Part shown: positions 1-7,201 of the stretch, piece after piece | Numbering within the stretch: position 1 is the first letter of the stretch | How the letters are laid out: every line of letters begins with the position of its first letter | IMG/VR virus record: IMGVR_UViG_3300020045_002248 | Span: 1-33,237 of that record | Reading direction: 5' to 3' (one strand) | DNA: 33,237 nt | Source: a virus | Lineage: Duplodnaviria > Caudoviricetes | Notes under the pieces: generated by a model | Told to the model about the DNA's origin: nothing | The model's database searches: none | What the model saw: only the letters and a program-made list of their open reading frames with translations | Translations under genes and position numbers: made by a program

Positions 1-1
1 A

Positions 2-373
2 ACCGCCGCCGGGTATCAGCTTGGCACGACCGCCGCCGATCTTGTCGGCTTTCACGACGCCGCTCCCGTTGCGCAGGTAGCCGCCGCCGCGCAAGCTGCT
101 GTGACCGCAGCCAGCACCAACGGGGCTATCGCTGCCGTGACAGTTGTCGCAACATCGACCGATGGTGTTGCCGCCGCCGCATCCGCCGACCTTGCGGCCC
201 TTGCCGCCGAAACCGAAAAGATTGGTGACGACGTTCGCGCCGTCATCGTCGCATTCGGAACGCTTGTGACGGAACTGGAAAAGGCGTCCGACGACGCCCG
301 CGCCTCCATCGTCCTTGCGAACGCCCTGCGTGCCGCCCTTGTCACTAAGGGACTCATCAAGGGTGCCGCCTGA
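2..373 (+). CDS. 5'-truncated Ala-rich phage structural protein (capsid decoration/head-fibre-like) in the GC-rich segment
   Basis: Frame open from base 2 (TAAGYQLGTTAADLVGFHDAAPVAQ...ALRAALVTKGLIKGAA). The GF..A.PV.Q and L..L...GLI motifs resemble phage head-fibre/decoration proteins; GC3-rich codons. Confidence 0.55.
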   Translation, partial: TAAGYQLGTTAADLVGFHDAAPVAQVAAAAQAAVTAASTNGAIAAVTVVATSTDGVAAAASADLAALAAETEKIGDDVRAVIVAFGTLVTELEKASDDARASIVLANALRAALVTKGLIKGAA

Positions 374-603
374 TGAACATCAAGCCCGCTGCAATCGTGT
401 TCACCGACGCCGCTGGCAAGCTTTCCGGAGAAGTGGTCAACCTTGTGGAAGGGCTGGAGAAATTCCGGCGCATCACCCACGGGATTGACCGGACGCCGCC
501 GGGGATCGTGTCCGTTCAAATCCTTTCCGCTCGCGGAATCGAAAAGCGGCACAAGGTAGCAACTCCGGAACCTCCGGCCAAGCCCGCAAAGGCGAAGACC
601 TAA
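373..603 (+). CDS. hypothetical protein (GC-rich segment)
   Basis: ATG overlaps upstream stop (TGATG); GC3-rich codons; followed by a terminator-like hairpin. Confidence 0.6.
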   Translation: MNIKPAAIVFTDAAGKLSGEVVNLVEGLEKFRRITHGIDRTPPGIVSVQILSARGIEKRHKVATPEPPAKPAKAKT

Positions 604-608
604 CCACC

Positions 609-639
609 GGGCGGGCGTCAAACCCCGCCCCTATTTTTT
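609..639 (+). terminator. Rho-independent terminator
   Basis: GGGCGGG (609-615) / CCCGCCC (624-630) stem followed by T-run 634-639. Confidence 0.6.
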
Positions 640-651
640 GCAAGGAACACC

Positions 652-1011
652 ATGGCACAGTCACTTTCATGCGGGGCGTTCGTCGCCAATTCGACGCGCT
701 CCACGTTCTCGGGTTCAAGGGGCTTCACCGTTACCACCGCAGGCGACGGGGCCGCGTCTGAAACCCGTAGCATCGCAACCATCGAAGCGGAATGGACGAT
801 CCCGACCAGCATCGGAAACGTCGGTCTTGTGACCATCCGCAACCTTGACGCCACCAACTACGTTCAGGTCGGATTTGCAACCGGCGTCTATGCCCTGCGC
901 ATCAAGGCCGGGCAGACCGCGCTCTTACCCCTGGAACCCGCAACCGCGTCCCTGTTCCTGCTCGCCAACACCGCCGCCTGCATCGTGGAGCTTGCCGCCT
1001 ACGAGGCGTAA
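652..1011 (+). CDS. hypothetical phage structural protein, beta-rich (GC-rich segment)
   Basis: AAGGA RBS before ATG 652; Thr/Ala/Gly-rich beta-strand pattern (IRNLDATNYVQVG); GC3-rich codons. Confidence 0.65.
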   Translation: MAQSLSCGAFVANSTRSTFSGSRGFTVTTAGDGAASETRSIATIEAEWTIPTSIGNVGLVTIRNLDATNYVQVGFATGVYALRIKAGQTALLPLEPATASLFLLANTAACIVELAAYEA

Positions 1012-1523
1012 CCCATGAGCATCCCAGCCGCCATGTTTGCCGCCGACCTCGCCGCCGACTCCGCCGCCGACCTCGCCGCCGACCAATCGCATGTATTTTT
1101 ACCAAGCTCTGCCTCATGGCAAACGCGAACTAATTTCAGGCTTGATAAAACACCTTCAATATTGCAATCATTTTGCAGCTCAATAAGGCGATCAATGCGC
1201 TTAATTGCAAGGATATGGCAAACACTTTCAAGATCAACGCCAACCGGTACCGCATCAAGCAGATCAGTTCCAAACTGCGGCGCTTCGTCTTTTGGTAATC
1301 CTTCAAATATTTTATCTGCAAGGTGCGCAAGCCATTGTGGCCATCCCAATTCAACCGGAAATCGTGAGTGATCGTAATTTTCCAAGGTACAACCAACGAA
1401 ACAACCACGACTTGATGCCGAGTCATAACCAAGGCCCTGAATAACCTGATCCATTTCGCGATGCTTGGCGAAACGCTCTACATACTTTTTCTTTACTTCA
1501 ATATCGTTGTGATAGCTAAGCAT
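999..1523 (-). CDS. phage early hypothetical protein with C-terminal SAAx repeats; C-terminus probably chimeric
   Basis: GGAG RBS upstream on the minus strand; GCFVGC motif; WSAARSAAESAARSAA repeat typical of phage Ala-repeat proteins; the last ~13 codons lie in the foreign GC-rich segment. Confidence 0.75.
   Translation of the reverse strand: MLSYHNDIEVKKKYVERFAKHREMDQVIQGLGYDSASSRGCFVGCTLENYDHSRFPVELGWPQWLAHLADKIFEGLPKDEAPQFGTDLLDAVPVGVDLESVCHILAIKRIDRLIELQNDCNIEGVLSSLKLVRVCHEAELGKNTCDWSAARSAAESAARSAANMAAGMLMGYAS
1039..1084. repeat. 12-bp tandem repeat GCCGCCGAC(CTC/TCC), about 3.8 units, at the composition boundary
   Basis: gccgccgacctc gccgccgactcc gccgccgacctc gccgccgacc read directly; encodes SAAR/SAAE on the minus strand and AADL/AADS on the plus strand. 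Confidence 0.9.
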
Positions 1524-1574
1524 AAAAACTCCGGTTGATTATCAGTTCCGCGCCAATCGCTTCACCATGTGCCC

Positions 1575-1603
1575 ACTATAGCAATGCAAAATATATGTGT
1601 CAA
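1575..1603 (-). promoter_or_regulatory. leftward sigma70 promoter (PL-like)
   Basis: Minus strand reads TTGACA-17 bp-TATAGT with extended -10 TG. Confidence 0.8.
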
Positions 1604-1607
1604 CACG

Positions 1608-1636
1608 TTTACATGTTATCGCGTATGCGCTATTAT
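1608..1636 (+). promoter_or_regulatory. rightward sigma70 promoter (PR-like)
   Basis: TTTACA (1608-1613)-17 bp-TATTAT (1631-1636). Confidence 0.75.
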
Positions 1637-1665
1637 CACCTTACACCAACCAACTAGGAATAATC

Positions 1666-1839
1666 ATGGCAACAACAGCAGCAACACGAACTAGCAAAGA
1701 CGCTATAGCAATGGCTAAGCTTATGACCGCACGCATTAACAAGTTGCGCAAGAAGGAAAAAAAAGAACCTTTAAGCCAATCGCAAGTTATCGCCCTTGCA
1801 ATCGAAAACCTAACCGTGCAAATGGGGGTGGAAAAATGA
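1666..1839 (+). CDS. small basic DNA-binding protein, ribbon-helix-helix-like (Cro-position regulator)
   Basis: AGGA RBS before ATG 1666; Lys/Arg-rich 57 aa ending SQSQVIALAIENL, like helix B of Arc/CopG proteins; first gene after the rightward promoter. Confidence 0.5.
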   Translation: MATTAATRTSKDAIAMAKLMTARINKLRKKEKKEPLSQSQVIALAIENLTVQMGVEK

Positions 1840-2057
1840 AAGACTTTTTAATTTTTGCGGCAATTGTTTTGCTTAGCGCATTTATTGGGTTTGGAGTGGC
1901 GGCAAATTATTCTTACGAAAGAATAGACCCAGTTATCGGCAACTCAATCGAAAACATGGAAAATCTAAAGCGCGACTGCGAGAAATCACTCCCCCGCGAC
2001 AAGGTTTGTGTGATGGTATTTGATTATGTCCCCGTGGAGAATTACTATGAGCTATGA
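1836..2057 (+). CDS. hypothetical protein with N-terminal TM/signal segment
   Basis: ATGA overlap; hydrophobic N-terminus; CE..LPR...C motif. Confidence 0.7.
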   Translation: MKDFLIFAAIVLLSAFIGFGVAANYSYERIDPVIGNSIENMENLKRDCEKSLPRDKVCVMVFDYVPVENYYEL

Positions 2058-2292
2058 ATTTAATAATGGCGACGAGCCAGCAAGCCCTATTTTTAACAGT
2101 GATGGCGAATATACGCGAGGCAGCGGTTTGTCCAAGCGCGAGGCCTTCGCAATGGCTGCAATGCAGGCGATACTTTCAAACCCTTCGCTTGTTGATATTT
2201 GTAGCGATGACGCGGTGGATTTTATTAGTTACAACTCGGTAAGAATAACCAATTCAGTTTTAGCTGAGCTAGCAAAGGAGAAGGCGGAATGA
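2047..2292 (+). CDS. conserved phage hypothetical protein
   Basis: GGAG RBS before ATG 2047; GLSKREAFAMAAMQAIL matches the common phage G(M/L)(T/S)xRxxFAxxAMQ motif. Confidence 0.75.
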   Translation: MSYEFNNGDEPASPIFNSDGEYTRGSGLSKREAFAMAAMQAILSNPSLVDICSDDAVDFISYNSVRITNSVLAELAKEKAE

Positions 2293-2453
2293 AAAACACT
2301 TTTATTTTGTATTTTATGATTTTTATCCCGATGGCGCTTTCAGGTCTATTAAAAGATTACGGGCTTGAGTATTCCGCTATGTCTACGGCTATATTCTCTC
2401 TTCTTCTTGTGCTTCTGCTTCCATACATTAAAGATTCTTTGGAGGGCAAATAA
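2289..2453 (+). CDS. small membrane protein (54 aa, below ORF-track cutoff)
   Basis: ATGA overlap upstream and TAATG overlap downstream; MKNTFILYFMIFIPMALSGLL...AIFSLLLVLLLPYI gives two hydrophobic stretches. Confidence 0.6.
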   Translation: MKNTFILYFMIFIPMALSGLLKDYGLEYSAMSTAIFSLLLVLLLPYIKDSLEGK

Positions 2454-2740
2454 TGGAACTAGCAACCGACATTATGGCGATATGGCAGAAAGAATTCGAA
2501 CAGCTTATGCGCGAAACATACCCGCATAGATCGCTAGAAACTTCTGACGGTAAATTTGCATACGAAGATAGAGACGTATTCTACTGGTTCACTGGGTTTC
2601 TAATGGCAAAGCGCAATATGCCAGTTATTGAGCTTCCAGAAAAAGATCACTATTACTTGGATGATGACGTTTATGACGCAGACGAAGTGCATAGTGCTAT
2701 TAACAAGGTCGGATACAAATACAAGATAAAAGGTGAGTGA
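2453..2740 (+). CDS. hypothetical protein
   Basis: GGAGG RBS; translationally coupled; VIELP motif common in phage early ORFs. Confidence 0.7.
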   Translation: MELATDIMAIWQKEFEQLMRETYPHRSLETSDGKFAYEDRDVFYWFTGFLMAKRNMPVIELPEKDHYYLDDDVYDADEVHSAINKVGYKYKIKGE

Positions 2741-2945
2741 TATGTCATTACTGGAAAACCTTGAATTAATTGTTTCGTTCCAAAAAAACACAGAGCGTAA
2801 GTTAATGAAAAATGGACGCTTTGAGATTCATTGCAAAAAAGGTCTATGGGGTGTTGACGCACCTGATTCTGATACCGCTGACGTCGAAGCCTTGCACTAC
2901 TTCCGCCAATACTATGAAGATGGTGAATACACTAACCAGCTATAA
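2733..2945 (+). CDS. hypothetical protein (start uncertain)
   Basis: Fits operon tiling; CKKGLWGV..P....EALHYF.QY..DGEY resembles small phage proteins. Confidence 0.55.
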   Translation: MSDMSLLENLELIVSFQKNTERKLMKNGRFEIHCKKGLWGVDAPDSDTADVEALHYFRQYYEDGEYTNQL

Positions 2946-2961
2946 ACAAGAGGTAGAGATT

Positions 2962-3144
2962 ATGGCAGACATTCAAATGTGCTTAAAATCAGACTGCCCT
3001 AGCTTTGCTGGGTGCTACCGTGCGCAGGCAATTCCAAATGAGCATGTGCAGAGCTATATGGATTTTGACAACTCAGGCGAGTCATGCTGCGACGACTACA
3101 TCCCAGTGACTCCGATCTGGAAAAACAAGCCGCCAGTTGCTTAA
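2962..3144 (+). CDS. small Cys-rich hypothetical protein
   Basis: GAGG RBS before ATG 2962; MADIQMC...CP....CYR motif. Confidence 0.7.
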   Translation: MADIQMCLKSDCPSFAGCYRAQAIPNEHVQSYMDFDNSGESCCDDYIPVTPIWKNKPPVA

Positions 3145-3174
3145 TCCTAAATATTGACTATACAGAGGTAAATT

Positions 3175-3468
3175 ATGAAACTTTTAACACTAGCTTTAAT
3201 CATTGCGCCATCTATCGCAATGGCTGACTACGTTTCGCCAACCGAGTACAAGGATTTTACTTGTACCGAGTTGCGCGCTGATTACTACGACCTTGGCGAC
3301 ATGATGATAGATAGCCTAATCGATAGCCTAGACTATGATTACCGGTCACAGCGCCGCTTTGATCTTGATCAGGAATACAAGGCTATGAAGTCTCGCCAAG
3401 CCGCGATAGAGAAGGCAGCAAAGCGGATTGAGTGCGATCTATCAAAGATGGTTGCAACTACAGATTAA
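3175..3468 (+). CDS. exported hypothetical protein
   Basis: GAGG RBS; Sec signal MKLLTLALIIAPSIAMA; YVSP..Y....C..L and a terminal Cys. Confidence 0.7.
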   Translation: MKLLTLALIIAPSIAMADYVSPTEYKDFTCTELRADYYDLGDMMIDSLIDSLDYDYRSQRRFDLDQEYKAMKSRQAAIEKAAKRIECDLSKMVATTD

Positions 3469-3479
3469 TGCATTATAAT
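3452..3479 (+). promoter_or_regulatory. sigma70 promoter for the Rha/replication operon
   Basis: TTGCAA (3452-3457)-16 bp-TATAAT (3474-3479). Confidence 0.6.
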
Positions 3480-3486
3480 CTTAACA

Positions 3487-3671
3487 GTGCCCCAGCCGAG
3501 TTTTCACCCGAGAACGCAGGCTGGTAAGCACAATCCTCTGTGGTGGGGGATGTTGTACGCAAACAAGCTAAAAATACAGACCGTTTGTAAATGCTGGCTT
3601 CTTTGTCCTGTGGGTTTTAGCTCCCATGCGCAGGCTTAGATCACCACCCAGCATCTACAAACGGTTTTTTT
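3487..3671 (+). promoter_or_regulatory. structured leader/attenuator upstream of the antirepressor gene
   Basis: Hairpins 3487-3531 and 3533-3551; 17/18-bp inverted repeat 3580-3597/3648-3665 followed by T7; internal complementary boxes. Confidence 0.6.
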
Positions 3672-3685
3672 ATGGGGTAAATTCC

Positions 3686-4348
3686 ATGCTTCCAATTCTG
3701 CAAAACCAATCCGCACCAACCATGACCAGCCGCGAAATAGCTGAGTTAACTGGTAAAAATCACAAAGAAGTAACCCGCGATATCTATAACGTTCTTACTC
3801 AGGCCGAAATAGATGCGAGCAAATTTGCGCACACCTATCAAGACTCACAAAACAGAGACCAAAGAGAATACCGGCTACCAAAGCGCGAATGTGACCTGGT
3901 TGTTTCTGGATATTCTGTCAAATATCGCCTTGCCATTATAGACCGCTGGCAGGAACTGGAAAGCAATCAATTTAAACTACCTCAAAACTTCGCCGAGGCT
4001 CTACGCCTTGCCGCCGATCAGCAGGAAGTAATCCAAGCCCAAGCAGCTCAAATCGAGCACCAGAAGCCAGCCGTTGAGTTTGTCGAGCGCTACGTGGAAT
4101 CCACTGGCAACCTTGGCTTTCGTCAAGTGTGCAAGCTGCTAAAGGCCAAGGAGCCGGAGTTTCGCCTATTTCTTCAAAACCGCAGAATTATGTACAAACT
4201 TGGCGACGAATGGACAGCATATCAGCCGCATATTGATGCTGGCAGGTTCTTTATCATCACGTGGGAAAAGAACAAGAGAAGCAAAATAACAGCAAAGTTT
4301 ACGCCCAAAGGTGTTCAATGGGTTTCTGATTTGTGGAGCAAAAAATAG
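3686..4348 (+). CDS. Rha-family regulator fused to antirepressor KilAC/ANT C-terminal domain
   Basis: MTSREIAELTGKNHKEVTRDI, Y.DSQNR....Y.L, LVVSGYSVKYRLAIIDRWQELE (Rha); LPQNFAEALRLAAD..KPAVEFV..FTPKGVQWV (KilAC). ATG 3686 is more likely than 3626. Confidence 0.85.
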   Translation: MLPILQNQSAPTMTSREIAELTGKNHKEVTRDIYNVLTQAEIDASKFAHTYQDSQNRDQREYRLPKRECDLVVSGYSVKYRLAIIDRWQELESNQFKLPQNFAEALRLAADQQEVIQAQAAQIEHQKPAVEFVERYVESTGNLGFRQVCKLLKAKEPEFRLFLQNRRIMYKLGDEWTAYQPHIDAGRFFIITWEKNKRSKITAKFTPKGVQWVSDLWSKK

Positions 4349-5313
4349 TGCACTACTACGAATTCAATATACCCGCATGGGTTCTTCACACAAGCCACTT
4401 AACGCTTGAGGAAGAGTGCGTATATCGTCGATTGCTGGATTATTACTACGACACGGAAAAGCCTATACCAGAAGAAACCAAGCAGGTTATTCGTAGGTTA
4501 CGATTGGTTAATTACGAAAGCATCGTAGTTCAAATATTGGGCGAATTTTTCCACTTAGAGGCCGATGGATGGCACAACAATAGAGCGGATATTGTTATTT
4601 CAGAGTACCAATCTAAGGCGGATAAGGCTAGAGAGAATGGGAAAAAAGGAGGAAGACCCAAGCAAAATAAGGCGCCAGAAACCCAGCCGGTTATTTTAGC
4701 TAACCCAGAAGAAACCGGATCGAAAGCTAACTATGAACTATTAACTATTAACAATGAACTAGAAACTAATTTAAAAGATCCTGCGCCGCAAGCGGACGCT
4801 GATTTGATAACCGGTCTTGATGACTCGACAACTGATAAACAAAAAAAGGCTACACCGGCAAATTTCAAACCTGAATCGCTGGCAGACGAAATGCCAAGCC
4901 CGCTGCGTGACTGGTGGCTGAAGTGGGTGAATTACCGACGAGCACGTAAGCTATCGACCAAGGAGCCAACATGGCGCGCACAGGCCGCTAATCTGGCCGA
5001 ATGGGGCAAAGCAGGGCACGACCCATGCCTTGCCATCAAGGCGAGCATTGAAAACGGATGGCAGGGGCTTTTTGAGCCAAAACCAAAAACTAACGGGGTA
5101 AATCATGGAAACCAACCAAAATCACCAATTGAGCGTTTCATGCGCAAGCACTATCCGAACGCCGGACCAGGACCTGAAAATGATCACGGACCTATGGGGC
5201 GCGATGATGGCCCTGTTCGGGGAGCTATGGACCCGCAGCTTCGGGGAGATACCGGACGAATCGGGCCAGTGGACCAAGACCTTATCGGGGATTTCTCGCG
5301 GACAGATAGCTGA
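4348..5313 (+). CDS. replication initiator, YdaU/DUF1376 family
   Basis: MHYYEFNI..W...TSHLTLEEECVYRRLLDYYYDTEKPIP...ARENGKKGGRP; C-terminal W..YR..K / SIENGWQGLF; GTG 4348 overlaps the upstream stop. Confidence 0.85.
   Translation: MHYYEFNIPAWVLHTSHLTLEEECVYRRLLDYYYDTEKPIPEETKQVIRRLRLVNYESIVVQILGEFFHLEADGWHNNRADIVISEYQSKADKARENGKKGGRPKQNKAPETQPVILANPEETGSKANYELLTINNELETNLKDPAPQADADLITGLDDSTTDKQKKATPANFKPESLADEMPSPLRDWWLKWVNYRRARKLSTKEPTWRAQAANLAEWGKAGHDPCLAIKASIENGWQGLFEPKPKTNGVNHGNQPKSPIERFMRKHYPNAGPGPENDHGPMGRDDGPVRGAMDPQLRGDTGRIGPVDQDLIGDFSRTDS
4728..4769. repeat. six 7-bp tandem units (nAACTAT-like) inside the initiator gene; candidate origin
   Basis: taactat gaactat taactat taacaat gaactag aaactaa; AT-rich; period is not a multiple of 3. 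Confidence 0.6.
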
Positions 5314-5815
5314 TGCGCTGGATATGGTCCGCAAGAGTGGCCGCAAGTGGCCGCCAGCCGCGCCAGAGTTCCGCGCCATATGCCTGAGCACAAATGCCGA
5401 GAAGCACCCCCCAATGGAGGCCTGCTACTCAGAACTGACAAAGTACATCGCGGATAACCGAAAGGACCGGCACAACCTAAGCCCGATCCTGTACCACACT
5501 ATTCAGCGCAATATGGATTTTTACCGGTACCAGAAAATCGAAAAGGACTATGACCGGGTTCGAGAGTTTGAAATGGCATTCAAGGCGACCTTGTTTCAGT
5601 TGGAGTGTGGCGAGTCATTGCTTCGCGCACCAGCACCAGAAACGCTAATCGAGAGCGATAAACACGAACACAAAATCACTCCCGAGGTGATAGAAAAAAC
5701 ACAGGACATTCGATCAAGCATATTTGCAATGCTCGACGACAAGCCAGAGCCTAAACCACCCACACCGGCAGAGATTGAAGACCTACAGAAATTGGAGCGG
5801 CTTAAAAATGGATAA
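5105..5815 (+). CDS. replication protein P-like (helicase-loader position)
   Basis: LWGAMMALFGELWTRSFGE...W...L.G....QI..AL....WPPAAPEFRAIC; directly follows and overlaps the initiator. Confidence 0.7.
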   Translation: METNQNHQLSVSCASTIRTPDQDLKMITDLWGAMMALFGELWTRSFGEIPDESGQWTKTLSGISRGQIADALDMVRKSGRKWPPAAPEFRAICLSTNAEKHPPMEACYSELTKYIADNRKDRHNLSPILYHTIQRNMDFYRYQKIEKDYDRVREFEMAFKATLFQLECGESLLRAPAPETLIESDKHEHKITPEVIEKTQDIRSSIFAMLDDKPEPKPPTPAEIEDLQKLERLKNG

Positions 5816-5906
5816 CTTGATCGTTAGCGTATCGGGCGGAAAAACATCGATGCTCATGGCAATATGGATCAGCCAAAAATGGAGGGATAAATACAACATT
5901 GTTTAA
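5808..5906 (+). pseudogene. N-terminal remnant of a PAPS-reductase-like (adenine nucleotide alpha-hydrolase) protein
   Basis: MDNLIVSVSGGKTSMLMA carries the SGGKTS PP-loop but stops after 32 codons; no continuation visible downstream. Confidence 0.6.
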
Positions 5907-6046
5907 AGAGCCTAAATGTTGCAGGTTTTGCGGTAGGTCAGTTTGCGAATGCGTGCCTTTTTAGAATTGTTAAGTTAAGCAAATATTCCCCCAACCCCAA
6001 CCATTAAGCCGATAATACATAAACACTAAACAATGGAGCTTTAAAA

Positions 6047-6601
6047 ATGAAAATTTACACAGCAGAACAGTTAGCGGAAATTATAAAAAAGCACGGAATG
6101 TGGTTGCGCGATGAGGATGGTGGGGAGCGAGCCAACCTGCGTTATGCCGACCTGAGTTCTGCCGACCTGCGTTCTGCCGACCTGCGTTCTGCCGACCTGC
6201 GTTATGCCGACCTGCGTTCTGCCGACCTGCGTTCTGCCGACCTGAGTTATGCCGACCTGCGTTCTGCCGACCTGCGTTCTGCCGACCTGCGTTCTGCCGA
6301 CCTGCGTTCTGCCGACCTGCGTTATGCCGCTGGCAACAGTGAACACATTAAAAGCATTTTTGTATCTGAAGTTTATCCGATAGTTTACACGGTTGACTAT
6401 TTGCAAATTGGATGCGAGCGCCATTTAATTTCTGATTGGGCTAATTTCGATGATCGCCGAATTTTAAAAATGGACGGTAAAAGAGCGCTGGAATTTTGGA
6501 AGTCATTCAAGGATTTTATTTTTATGTCAATTCAAATTGCACCGGCTGCTGCAACTGGATTTGTTGAAAAAGTTGAAGAAGAAAAAGCCGAGCAAGTTTG
6601 A
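6047..6601 (+). CDS. pentapeptide-repeat protein
   Basis: GGAG RBS; H..WL....GERANL then 13 A(D/N)L(R/S)(S/Y) repeats; C-terminal LQIGCERH....W domain. Confidence 0.9.
   Translation: MKIYTAEQLAEIIKKHGMWLRDEDGGERANLRYADLSSADLRSADLRSADLRYADLRSADLRSADLSYADLRSADLRSADLRSADLRSADLRYAAGNSEHIKSIFVSEVYPIVYTVDYLQIGCERHLISDWANFDDRRILKMDGKRALEFWKSFKDFIFMSIQIAPAAATGFVEKVEEEKAEQV
6131..6325 (+). repeat. 13 x 15-bp coding tandem repeat
   Basis: gccgacctg(c/a)gtt(c/a)t units, nearly identical at the DNA level. Confidence 0.95.
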
Positions 6602-6628
6602 TGCATAAACACAGATAGGAGATAGATA

Positions 6629-6811
6629 ATGAAAGACTTTGAAGGCAATGAACTAGTTGAAGGTTGGTATTGGTATAGCTCAAATGACGAGGGCGATATT
6701 TTCTACCCTGTTTATATTTGCTGTAATAACGTTTGTATTTTTGACGGCAAAAGAAAGCCTTTATCTGACTTTGCCAATGTGAATTTATTCAAGGCGGAAA
6801 TGCCATCATGA
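6629..6811 (+). CDS. hypothetical protein
   Basis: AGGAG RBS; EGWYW motif. Confidence 0.65.
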   Translation: MKDFEGNELVEGWYWYSSNDEGDIFYPVYICCNNVCIFDGKRKPLSDFANVNLFKAEMPS

Positions 6812-6916
6812 ATTTACACCACATATTTCCATTATATTTCCTAGCCTGCATGGATAAGCACGGAATACAGTTAATGGAAGGTTTTGAGCACGATAGTTTT
6901 GATACGGGGTGGGCAA

Positions 6917-7183
6917 GTGAGTAACCCGCACTTTTTATACCACAAGCAAAAAGAATCCTGGGAAGCATTCGAGCGTGACTTTGAGTTATTCGACAAAAAC
7001 CGTAAGTCTTACCGGAACATCGGATGCAGACCAGAAACAAGAACATGGTTTTACCGTGCAAAAGGCGTAAAGGAAATAAGCAGGAAGTCACTTGCCGATA
7101 TACTAATCGTAAAGGCTGAGCAGGAAGAGTTAAGAAAAGCAAAGCTGCTATTGCCTGCTGAACATCTGGTTCACAATGGCTGA
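6917..7183 (+). CDS. hypothetical protein (start uncertain; GTG 6917 or TTG 6884)
   Basis: Open frame in operon orientation, preceded by a 38-codon ORF at 6808-6924. Confidence 0.5.
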   Translation: MSNPHFLYHKQKESWEAFERDFELFDKNRKSYRNIGCRPETRTWFYRAKGVKEISRKSLADILIVKAEQEELRKAKLLLPAEHLVHNG

Positions 7184-7201
7184 AATTAACGGAGAATTGA
7201 A

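Noticed and set aside
52-621. 189-aa minus-strand ORF
   Set aside because: Shadow of GC-rich plus-strand genes that have better codon pattern and coupling.
1015-1371. 118-aa plus-strand ORF
   Set aside because: Only the first ~14 codons look genuine; the rest is the antisense of 999-1523 beyond the chimeric junction.
6131-6325. CRISPR array or DGR-like repeat; antisense ORF 6071-6424
   Set aside because: Contiguous 15-bp coding units without spacers; no cas or reverse transcriptase genes; the antisense ORF is a shadow of the repeat.
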